Shown here piece after piece: positions 1 to 12,400 of a stretch of DNA of 64,000 bases. The position numbers and the translations under genes are program-made. The notes below the pieces were generated by a model. The model was not told the DNA's origin and searched no databases. It saw only the letters and a program-made list of their open reading frames with translations. Every line of letters begins with the position of its first letter. Position 1 is the first letter of the stretch. Source of the DNA: Callorhinchus milii (taxonomy: Eukaryota); contig NW_024704743.1 in the NCBI RefSeq assembly GCF_018977255.1, forward strand, positions 54,624,001 to 54,688,000, read 5' to 3'.

Positions 1-274
1 TAAAAGTGTAATAAGATATATGCTGAACCATTATAAATTAATCGTTTTATTTCCTAAGAATTGCAATTTAGATGCAAATAACTGCTGTAGAAGCAAACAT
101 TAAACATAATTTTAAAAAATCTAACAATATTTTGAGAGAAAATAGCATTAAATCGCTTAGTGATTAAAGTGCCAAACATGCGTCTCCTGAAAATGTAACG
201 TTTATTATGCTATGATTTCCCAGGTAAAAAGCATGTGACGTGGCATATCATTTCTCCTCAATTGCAAAGCTTAC

Positions 275-409
275 TGTGTCATTGGCTTTCACATTCATGC
301 ACTTGTTATGGCCTGAAATCTCAGAGCCATCCGGGCAGATTGCAGTAATGTTCACGTAGATCCCGTTGATGTGGTTGTCCACTTGTAGCTCTACCTCAGA
401 AAGCAGCAT
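275..409 (-). CDS. ITGB8: ITGB8 exon 9 (135 nt): [45 protein letters not shown]
   Basis: Acceptor taatacAG at 411-410, donor GTAAGC from 274. Resembles human [29 protein letters not shown]. Phase 0/0. Confidence 0.95.
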
Positions 410-3400
410 CTGTATTAAATAAAACAGCAGAAAGGGCACTTTGTTACCCTTTGACTTTCATTCTGTGGTTTTATGCACAGGAAAATGGACTGAATGACGA
501 AATGAATAAAAGCTTTGTGTTACCAGCAAATCCTTATTAAAATGCAACACTGTATTCTGCTTACTGGGAAATTGGGACAAAGGATTAGTGATCTGCATCA
601 TTTGTTCTAATTGTTTGGTGCTTTCCCAATGTATCCAACACATTCTTCAATGGTTCTTTGTATCTGCAGTGTGAAGAACGAGCTGAAATAGCATATTCTA
701 CTAAAAGCATTTTTCCAAAACAACAATTCTGGCAGATTTAACAAAACCTCAAAACTTACAGTTGTGTTTAACTGTTTAAGTAACTCCCAAAATGCTTCAA
801 TTAGTTACAAGCTATGAACACATAAACATAGCAAAAGATACTCAACGTGAACATCCTCCCAATGTGAAAGGTGATATACCAAATGTAAGAATTATTACTA
901 TAATTAAAGAATACGGTGCATGCATCATATGACTGAGATTAGAATTCCAGCTTCTGCGCCACTGACACAGTCTTACAGATTTGCTCTTGTGTTCAGAAGG
1001 GCACAGCACTATAATAATAATAATAATCCTTGCATTTGATATAGCGCTTTTCACGTCTTGGAGATGTTTCAAAGCACTTCATAGAATATGCTACAGAATA
1101 TGTACAGAATTGACTGTATGTTTGTGGGCAAAACATGGCAGCCAATTGCGCACAGCAGTGTCCCACAAACAGTCATGGATTGAAAATGACCAATTTATTA
1201 TTGTTTTGTTTTGGAGGGATTATTATTAGGTGTGTGAAGTAAGGAAACTTGCCCAAGGTTTCACCCTGCCTGGAATTGAACCCAGGTGTCTCGCTTGCAA
1301 GGTGAGTGATCTAACCACTGAGCTATAGGACTCCACAGGACTATTGCCATGTTCAGTCGTACACCATGAGCATACTGGAGGTGAAACACCGGCATACCAA
1401 TACCTTGCTTATGTCAATGAATTGTCAACTTTCACCCAGTCTGAGCTGTACATAACTTTAGCTTTATGAACACGCTGGACAGCAGCCAGACCACAGGGAG
1501 AATGTTGTTCCTTTATCTTTCTTTTGTAGTCTACATTAATCACTTGGTGCGTCCCACTCATTCATCCCCCCCCCCCATAGAACTGAATGTCATTTATACA
1601 GACTAATTCAGTGCTGAAAGAGAACCGCTGGTTCACTATCGTTGGAGCACATAACTGCTCCCCATAACTAGACCTCTTTGATTCAATATACTTAGATAAT
1701 TTTACAGTGAAATTCACTCCCGCTCTATTTGCCTATAATATAAAACAGTCCTTAAGAGCATCAGTCATGATTTTATCATGGGAACTAAAGCATTGGACAT
1801 AAGAGGTATTAGAAAAATGTCTAGAAACTGAAAATATAATAAAGAATAGTAAGCACGGATTTCAAAAGGAAGGTCATGCTTGACCAACCTCATTGAATTC
1901 TTTGAAGGGGTAACAGAAAGCATAGACAAAGGTAATACAGTAGATGTAATATATTTGGATTTCCAAAAGGCGGTCGATAAGGCGCCACATAATAAACTAA
2001 TGAATAAGGTCAGAGGATGTGGAGTCAGGGGAAAAATAGCAGAATGGATAGTAAACTGGCTACAAAACAGAAAACAGAGAGAGGATGGGAAGTGGTGTTC
2101 CACAAGGATCGGTATTGGGACCACTGTTGTTCACAATAACGATTTGGACTCGGGGATCAAGTACAATCTCAAAATTTGCAGACGACACCAAATTAGGGGG
2201 TAGAGTTAATACTGAGGACAACTGCAACAAATTACAAGACATTAATAAAACTTGCTGAAAGGGCATTTGAATGGCAAATGAATTTCAATATAGATAAGTG
2301 TGAGGGGGTACATTTTGGTAGGAGGAATAAGGAGGTCACATACTGCTTGGAAAATAAGAATCTAAATGGGTAGAGGAGCAAAGGGATCTAAGGGTACAGA
2401 TACACAAATCGCTAAAAGTAGCGACCCAGGTTAATAAGGCCATAAAAAAAAACAAGCGTGAGGGTTAATTTCTAGAAGGATAGAAATGAAAAACAGGGAA
2501 GTTATGCTAAACTTATATCGAACCTTGGTAAGACCACACTTGGGAGTATTGTGTGCAGTTCTGGTCCCCATATTATAGAAAGGATATAGAGGCACTGGAG
2601 AAGGTGCAAAGGAGATTTACAAGGACAATACCATAACTGCGAAGTTATACCTATCAGGAAAGGCTGAACAAGCTTGGACTCTTTTCTGTTGAAAAGAGAA
2701 GAGTGAGGGGTGACCTAATAGAGGTCTTTAAAATTATGAAAGGTTTTGATAGGGTAGACATAGAGAAGATGTTTCCACTCATGGGGAGACAAAAACCATG
2801 GGCCATCAATATAAAATAGTCACCAATAAATCAAATAAGTCAGAAGAAACTTTGTTACCCAGAGAGTGGTGGGAACGTGGAACTTGCTACCAGAAGCAGC
2901 AGTTGAGGTGAATAATATAGATGCATTTAAGGGGAAGCTAGATAAGTACATGAGAGAGAAAGGAATAGAAGGTTATGCTGATAGGCTTAGTAGAGGAAGG
3001 GGAGGAGGAGGCTCATGTGGAACATTAATGCCAGCATAGACCAGTTGGGCCGAATGGCCTGTTTCTGTGCTGTATATTCTATGTAATTCTATGTAAAAGA
3101 TAGGGTATAGGAATGTGCAGGATCGCTGAAGACCATTCACTGTCTATCTGGTTGGTTTCATTTCAAATACCAACTCACCCTACCTGACATACTAAATCTC
3201 TCAAAACAGCTCACACAATCCATGAAAAAAATTGTAGCAGCAGAAATAACAAACAATAACTGCATTTGATATGTGCTATTATCATATTGGAATGTCTAAG
3301 AGCTCTTCACACAATTAGTTATTTTGAATTGTAGTGAGCGTTATGTATGGAACGAAGCAGCCAATCTGCGTCAGTAATGTGCCACAACTGGCAATGAGAT

Positions 3401-6400
3401 GAACAACCAGTTAACCTGGTTTGTTTGATGATCTTGAATGAGGGAAGGAATATTGGTCAGGACACAGAGAAAGCTTGTGAGTAAATATTCAACAGTAATA
3501 ACAACCATATAAAGAAATATTTCCAAAAGTTTTCATCCTATTGTAGAGCTCTAAACCAACTTGTTCCCCGTTATTCTTTTTGCTCGTTATCATATTCCTT
3601 TTTGTGGATTTCTCCCGATCTGGATGTAGTGCAAGAATTCCTGGAATTCACATCCTTGGTATGTTATCTCACTCCAACGCCAGAGCCTTTATTAAACCTG
3701 AGAACTGAGTAATGTATCAGTGCACTTCAGTCCTGATTATCCTTTAAAGTTGATCCTTTCTCATGAAAACACAGTACAATGCATAACTTCAAAATCCATA
3801 TACTGTACTACCAAACATACGCTCATACCTTGTTCTTTAAGTCTGCTGGTTACCGAAACAGAGTGAGTTTTGTTTTTCAAGGGATATTTGTGATCTGACC
3901 CACTGTTTTATTAACTATTTGGTTTAGTGTCTGTCAACAACAGCAACAACAATAACAAAATTACATTTATAGAGCGCCTTTCACGTCGGGAGGACGTCCC
4001 AAAGCGCTGAACAGTCAGGTGTCGGGGCCCGAGCATGGGGGAAGGGTGGTGTAGGGGTGAGGGAAGGCAGAGAGGTGGGAGGGAGACAAAGGCACGATCG
4101 AAGAGAAGGGTCTTGAGACCGGCCTTGAAGGAGGCACAGGGGGGAAGCGAGGCTAAAGGACTGTGGGGGCAGGAGTTCCAGAGTGTGGGGGCAGAGCGGC
4201 TGGGGAGCCAGTGGAGTCAGGCGAGGGTGGGAGTGATGGGGTCATGGAGCCTGGTGCGCATGAGTACACGAGCTGCAGAGTTTTGGATGATCTGCAGCTT
4301 GTGGAGGGAAGAGTTGGGAAGGCCGATGAGGAGGGAGTTCCCATAATTGAGCCTTGATGTGATGAATGTGTGGGTGAGGGTTTCGGCAGCCTGAGGGGTG
4401 AGGCAGTGGCAGAGTCTGGTAATGTTGGGGAGGTGGTGGTAGGTAGTGCCGGTCATAGTGCGGATGTGGGGGAGAAAGTACAGTTCAGGGTCAAATAAGA
4501 TACCCAGGTTCCTGACTGGCTTAGTGGGGTTAAGTGTGCAGCTGTGGATGCTGATGCTGCCAGCGCCCGAGGTATGGAGGTGCTGGCGCGAGGCAATCAG
4601 AAAGGCCTTGGTCTTGCTAACGTTGAGTTGGAGAAAGTTGTCCCTCATCCAGGACTTGATGTCAGACAGGCAGTCGGTCAGGACGCCAGTAGTCCTGGAG
4701 TTCAGGGTGGAGGCTGAGCGATAGAGTTGGGTGTCATCCGAATACATGTGGAAATTTACCCCATGTCTGGATGATATCATTAAGGGGGAGCATGTGGAGG
4801 GTGAAGAGGAGGGGACCGAGGACATAGCCTTGAGGAACACCACACGAGATGGTGCGGTGCTGGAGAAGAAGCCATTTGTGCGACGAAGTGGAGGCGGTGT
4901 GAAAGGTAGTATTTGAACCAGTCAAGGACAGAACCTTGGACGTTGAGGTGGGAGGAGAGGCGGTGGAGAAGGATTGAATGGTCCACGGTGTCAAAGGCAG
5001 CGGAGAGATCGAGGAGGACAAGGAGGCAGAGGGCGCCCTGGTCGCACATGGTCAGGAGGTCGTTTGTGACCTTGACCAAAGCAGTTTCCGTGCAGTGGGC
5101 AGCACGGAAACCCGATTGGAGGGGTTCATGGAGGGAGTGCGAGGAGAGGAAAGAGCGAAGGTGGGAGGCAACAGTTCTCTCAAGGACCTTGGATAGGAAA
5201 GGGAGGTTTGAGATGGGACAGCAGCTGGATAGCTGTGATGGGTCAAGGGAAGGTTTCTTCAAGGTGGGGGTGATAGTGGGTGTTTTGAGGGGGGAAGGAA
5301 CAGTGCCAGGTTCATGTCAGGAGGACATCCAAAATGTTTCATAAACATTTCACTGTAAAATGGAGTAACTGTGTATTACGTGGGCAAACACAGCAGCCAA
5401 TGTACACACAGCAATTTTACATAAACAATTTTTCAATTATTATTTTCTCATCACAGTGGATCATACAATATTGTGTTTTTGGAGAAGTTGTAATTCTAAT
5501 ATATAGTATATCATATTCAATAATACTCAGTACAATATACTCATGGGGGTGGAGGAAGAAATAATCCAGGTTTATAAATTCTCTATTTTTTAAGGATCCT
5601 TTTCTTGAAGGTTTTATCCTGTGCTATCATGCATTTTAAAAGTTTATTTTAAGATGACTGTTCAATTATTCGTCAGTAGTAATGTTACTGTGGCAGGAAA
5701 TGGATACTTTTGGACAGTCAGGAATTTGACACAGGTAGAAACCCATTACAATGCTTAAGAGTCTCTAAAACAAACTTCTGAGAGTTCCACATATGTATCG
5801 ATTTTATTTGTGTGGTATAGAGTTTGCACTCTCTCACCAGAGTGTTGTACTTTGCTTACCTAAACTCAAGAGAGTTTAGGCACAAATTGGCAAAAGCCAA
5901 GATTTAGCACCACCACAGAATCTGTGCTAGGGTACTGCTTGAGTTTAAAACTGTGCAGATTATAATCCTGACCACTTGATAATTTCCTGCTGTTTATCCT
6001 GCTTGGACCACCCTAGCTGTTGGGAATTTGGCTTACGGACTTAAGGGTAATTGAGTGGGAAGTAACCTGGCCCAAGTAACTCGTCTCCCCCTTCAAGTCT
6101 TTCTAAGAAGATAGGGTAAATGGAGCCAACAGGGATTTTCACAACATCAAAGAATTTATAAACTCATTTACTGAAAAAGTATATAATTTCCTGGAGCTGT
6201 CTGAGCCGACACGAGAAGCCAATAATACCAGTTTGATTTATGTCTCCTATTTCCTTAAGCCCCTTTTACAGATACACCTGTAGTACATATATTTAAAGTA
6301 AAGCATTGGCAATGTTTAGCCAAATAATACCCATACGCATTATGTGGTAGGAACGATTGTCCAGTAAATATATTTAGCTACAATGTTATGTTGATTCAGG

Positions 6401-9400
6401 TTCTCTGATGGTACTGGGACTGGACATGACAATATGTGGTCTACTGTTTCTTGTGCTTGATGGCATATTTGGTATTTCGGATCAATGTTTTTCTTCAACA
6501 TGTTATTTTCATAATAACGAGTAATAATAGCTTGAGCTTCTATTTCTGTTTATTATTTGATATATTCTGTGAAGCACTTTGAGACATCTCAATGATGTGA
6601 TAAGGCACTTTGAGACATCTCAATGATGTGATAAGGCACTTTATCAAATGCAAGGGTTATTATTATTATTAGTATTATTATCTAGATCAGCCTACAGTCT
6701 AGGTATTTTTGGTCCTGGGCCATCTCCATCAGATTTCCATCAGATTTCCTTAAACAAACTTAGTTTCATACTACCTTTGCCTGTAAACACAGTGAACTGC
6801 TCCTATTCATCCAGTGCTAATGAGTGCATGCTCTCCAAACTATCAAATATCTATACAGATAGAAGCCAACATCCATACCCAACACCCATACCCAACATAG
6901 GTATAATGAGTGGTGAAAAGTAAGATAAAATGGATGTAGGATTGCTCCAGACTTGCAGCAAAATAAGTAGGAAGCATTACTATGTTACAGTCAAGCTAAA
7001 AGATTACTGGAATATACCAGGGTTAAGCATTTCTTCCTCAATAATCATTGTAGCCTTCAAGACATTATTGGTGACAAAGGGTCAGCGGAGATCAAAAACA
7101 AAGTTTATAGGAAACAATTTTATTGCCAAAATACTAGTTGTGACCAGAATACAGCTGAGCCTAACCAGATATGACTGTGGTTTATTTGATCTGTTCCACT
7201 GATCTTGAATTATGTCGGCACTCTACCATTTTAGCAACTTTAGCAGTTCCAGCTCCTTAAGCAACTCATGTGACAGTTGACTCTTTCAGATAATCGCTCC
7301 AACATTAAACCTAATATTCTGGATAGTTTTAAAGCAAGACAGTAATTTGTTTATGTTACAATTGCCCACAACTTGAAGTAATCATTCATAGTTTGAATTA
7401 TGCTTCAATCTGTTTTACTGGAAATGCATGGCATCAAAGACACTGGAATACAGCAAGTGCATCCTTCATTTGAAGATACAGCAAGCATGTAATGAATGAT
7501 ACCTGCATTGAACATAAGAAATGCTAGACAAAAAAAAACAAGGTTCATCTAGTTTGCCTTCCATCTTCCTTGCAGTAGCATGCACATGTGTCCCAAACTA
7601 CCTATGCATTGAGGGGGATATTGATACAGTCTGGGAAAACCCTCATCTGATGTTAAGCCTGTGGACTATTTAAGGTCTTGCATATGCTCATATGCTCAGT
7701 AGGGTGTGTTTGACTGGAAGCAAGGTGGGTACCCCTTGTGCCTATTTTGTCTGAGATAACAGGAAGTCTTTATAACTTTGAGGATTAATGCCTTATACCA
7801 ATAGGGTAATTAATGAGAACCGTTCGCTTACTTGGGAAATAATATCAACAACTTTGGGAACTTTCAGCATTCGAACAATTTCTTTTTTAAAAAAATTACA
7901 TCACAAAAGGTTAGTGAAAAGCCAGCAGTGTGAAATAAATATCTTCACAATTGAAGTGAACTGGAAAGAGTTTTGAACGAGAAAGTAAAAACATGCATCT
8001 TAACACACTGCAGACTGTGATCTCATCCACACTTGTGGAAACACATTTATTTTAAATTTATCTTTTTTTAAAAAATAAAAGTTGCTTTGAATCGTTTCAT
8101 AGACTTGCTAGCACTCCCTCACTTGGACTTCCTTATCTCTCCGACCTTCTCCTAACCTACTCCTCCGCTTGTCCCCTCCGCTCAGTTACCTCGGGCTTGC
8201 TACGCTCCCCCCTGCTGCACCACCAACAGTGACTGAGTCTTGAGTTCCTATGCCCCTAACCTCTGTAACTTCCATGTGGTTATCATCCTCTCTCCCCCAA
8301 CCAACTTGGCTTGTGAGTTGCTTGTAAAATGTTCCAAGACATTAACTATATGAAGGGTGCTCTGCTGTTGATCTTGCACACTGTCCTTGTAATGTCACAC
8401 TGGTGGATTTGTTATCAAATGCAAGGATTATTATTATTACTACCCGCTGCCTCCACTCAACTGTATCCAGCCTCCTGCATGTCCCTTGTGCCCTCTGTTC
8501 CACCATTAGTGGCCGCACTTCCAACCACTAGCCCCCCTAAACTCTGGAACACTATTTCTCTATTCCTCTGCCTTATCCCTGCCTTCCCCATCTTCAGATT
8601 GCACTTCAGACCTTCCTCTTTGACTGTGTCTCTGGTCACCTCTCCCTTCCCCCCGGCTCGGCGTGTCAAGCGCTCTGGGACACTATCCTGTGTTAGGGGC
8701 GCTATATCAATGAATCCAAGAAAAACAAAATGTTTAGACCATTTAATTCTCCTGACTGTTCAGTTATCTGACATAACATCTTAGTCCTAATCATTTGTCT
8801 TCATTTATGTGTTCTGGCAAAAGAACTTATATATAGGTTTCATCCAGCAGTAGAAAATAAAAACTTTCCTAAGATCCTGTTCCTGGTCATGAAGATAATT
8901 TCATTGGCCCTCAGCTCTCATTATTTACAGAGGACAGAGGCAAAAGTCTGTTTATAGATGGTGTGACAATTTTATAAAATTGCCTTAAATAATCCTTGCA
9001 TTTGATATAGCGCTTTTCACTTCTTCTCGATGTCTCAAAGCGCTTCACAGAATATACTGTAAAGTGAATTGATTGTATATTTGTGGGGAAAACGCGGCAG
9101 CCAATTGCACATAGTAGTGTCCCACAAACAGTCGTGGATTGAAAATGACCAATTTATTATTGTTTTTGTGTTTTGGAGGGATTATTATCAGGCGTGTGGA
9201 GTAAGGAAACTTGCCCAAGGTTTCGCCCTGCCGGGAATCGAAACCAGGTCTCTCGCTTGCAAAGAGCTACGGGACTTCACATTGTTACTTATGGAGGGTA
9301 GGCAACTTGTTTATGATAAATAAATCCTTACATTGCATATAACACATTATCATACGTTAGATGTCTCAAAGAGTGTCACAGGATATACTGTAAAGAGGAG

Positions 9401-12400
9401 GACTATCTGTGCGTTTTGTGCGTGAATACAGCAGCCAATTTACACACAGCAATGTCTTACAAACACCCATGAAACAATTTTATGCTGAGGAATTGTTGAC
9501 TAGAACACCAAGAGAAACTCCCTTCTCTTTTCAAATAACATCTCCTTGGAGCTGAATTGGCTCCTGAGCCTGGCGGGTCCACTGTATTCCAGGGCACTGC
9601 TGATGATAGCACAGTCAGCCTGGCTCAATGGCAGGACCTGGAAGGGCAGACCAGTCACTGGGGGCAGGGAGTCATCCCACTCTGCTGCTGTTAACCCTGT
9701 AAGCCAAAGCTCTAACGGCAGCAGGAAAGCTTGACAGACAGCAATATAAATGGCAAGCTAAGTGGTTTTAGCTGGTTAGACTCCAGCAGTACCCTAACAC
9801 ACAATCTGGGCTCCCCAAGAGTTTGCTATTGCCAACCTACGTCTAATACTTTCTGGAATTAGGTAAGCAGGATGTGTTCACCCAGGGAGAAAGTGTGCAT
9901 TCCGTTCCAACAATCTATCTCTGGGATTTCCATGTGTAGGAGGGAGGCATGAAAACATCAGCTTGGTTTGGATACTCTTAAGTATGGGTGATGGGTTTCC
10001 GCATGTGTCAGACACCCAGCTGACCAAAAAAAAATATTTTCAAATAATTCATGAGATTTTTCATATCCACCTGAAAAAGCAAGACGGGACCTTGTTTAAC
10101 ATTTCATCTGCAAGACGCCAACTCCAACAATACAGCAGAGGCCCAGCACTGCATTGGAGTATCAGCATAGACTATATGGGTTCCCAGTCCTCATGTGGAT
10201 CTTGAACCTACAACCTTCTGACTCAGGGGCGAGATTACTACCAGCAGCCTGACAGACATCTGTTTTTTGTTACAGGTGGCAATGATTGATTTATAGACCT
10301 TCTATGACTCACCAATTCAATTATCCAATGTCCCCACTATTTACAGGGGATAACCAGGAATCTAATGTAGATGATTCCTTCGACTTTATTTGTTTTAGTT
10401 GTGGGATGTGATGCAATTACAATGAAAACAAATCTTGTGCACAATCAGATTGCTCAGGTAGTTCCAGAATTCTGCTAACACTCTGAACTCCATTAAGTTT
10501 CAGTTCCCATACATGGCCTCTTGGAAAGAGTACAAAATTTTACATGATACTGGCCTGTAAATAGCCGGGCTATGTTAGAGTGCAATGGAATGGAATTCCC
10601 CCTTATAAGCTGTCGTTAGTCAGAAAGCAGAAAAAAANGATTGTTTTTAGCACCAAAAATGTAAGAAGCCCGATATATTTCCATGACTAAAACAGATGAC
10701 AATGTGGCTATTTTATGCTGCACGTGAGATAGAGATCAGTAGTTCATCTTTCTATGTTTGAACACACTCTTCATAGGATAGGCAGACACAAGCAATGTGG
10801 GAATAGGGTAAGAAGATTATTCATTTGATCTGAGCGCCAGCACAGACTCGACTCGATGAGCCCAAAAATGCCTCTTTCTGTTCTGCAAATTTATATGATC
10901 CTATTTCTCATTTTCTATTTTCCATTTCAGTTTTTCATGCAGCATTCCCTACTCGCCCCTAGTATCGGCAATTGCTCCAGAGACAGCTATTAGGCAGCTG
11001 CTTATTGTCCGAATTTCTCCATCCTCCTTGTAGGGAAATGTTTGACTTCTGCCTGGTGGCATTCCAAACAGTCGATTTAGGACACATCCAATCAATTATT
11101 TACAAATAGTTTTTGCAAATCTCGCAAATTAAAACTCACTGATGATGAAACATTTCACTCTAGCCTGGGAGGGATTAAACCTACGAAGAATATGTTCGAA
11201 CATCATGGCTCTTTACAGAAATCTATCTCCTACTACACTATGACCTAGTCCTTGTGCTACCTGAGAATCACTCAAAGTATTCACAAGATTTGTGGATTTA
11301 CACAGAATTACAATTTAGGTGATGCTTTAATCCAGACTAAATAATTTGGGATTTAAACCTTAAATATGTTTGGTGAAATTATTCCTAAGCATCCAAAACA
11401 TAATAATCCTTGCATTTTATATAGCGTCTTTCCTGTTAGGAGGACGTCTCAAAGTACTTCAAAGGATTTACTGTAAACTGTAAAAGACTGTGATTTTGTG
11501 GATGAAAATAACAGCCCATTTGCCAAATCAATGCCTCACAAACAGCAATGTAGTAAATGATCACGTTTATGTGGGGGATTGTCAGCTAGGACACAAGGAA
11601 AAACTCCCTTCTCTTGTTGAGTAATGCCATGGGATCTTTAACATCTCCCTGAACATGCTTTGGGGCTTCCAAATGACAGCACCTCCCACAATCCAGTGCC
11701 CCCTCCCCAACACTGCGTTAGTGTTAGCCTCGGCCATAGACTATGTGCGTTCAAAGTCCTGATGTGGTGCTCTGACGACCTTCTGACACAGCAGCAAGAG
11801 TGTGACTAAGTGAGCGAGACTGGCACTTTATCAGTTAATTCAATGTCTTCACTTTCCACATTGGTTACAGTAACCTGCTCTCTCCACCATGTGTCCAACA
11901 ACCTTTCCTCTTCAGCCAGTGTAAAACTTACCCTATGGTGAATTTTACTCCACTCACAACTCCACCTAGAATGCATCTGATTTCCAAAATTTCTCACATT
12001 TTTAGCCTTATGGCCATTTTCTCAAAACTTAAATTGAACCACGATTTGGAAACCAGTTGCTAAATCAAACTGCTTAAAAAGGTTTCTAAATGAAGGCTGC
12101 ATTTAAGATATTTTTCAAAATTCTGCAAATTGTACATTTTGTTCTTGTCACCAATCCCCCAGATAAAACTGGTCATTCAATCTATGCCAGATTGTGGGAC
12201 ACTGCTGTCTGCAAACTAGTGTTTCACCCACAAAATACAAAGTTAATCCACTTTACAGTATATTCTGTGAAGAGCTTTGAGGCTTCTCGATAAGATGATA
12301 AGGCGCTACATCAAATGCAAGGATTATTATTATTTGAAAAACATGGTATTGAGGATAATTTCATGACAAACAACTGAAGCAAAAACTTCATGATGTTTGT

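Noticed and set aside
4035..5344. Plus-strand ORFs over L2 copies (also near 29.3, 61.5 and 63 kb)
   Set aside because: Antisense shadows of GC-rich LINE coding sequence.
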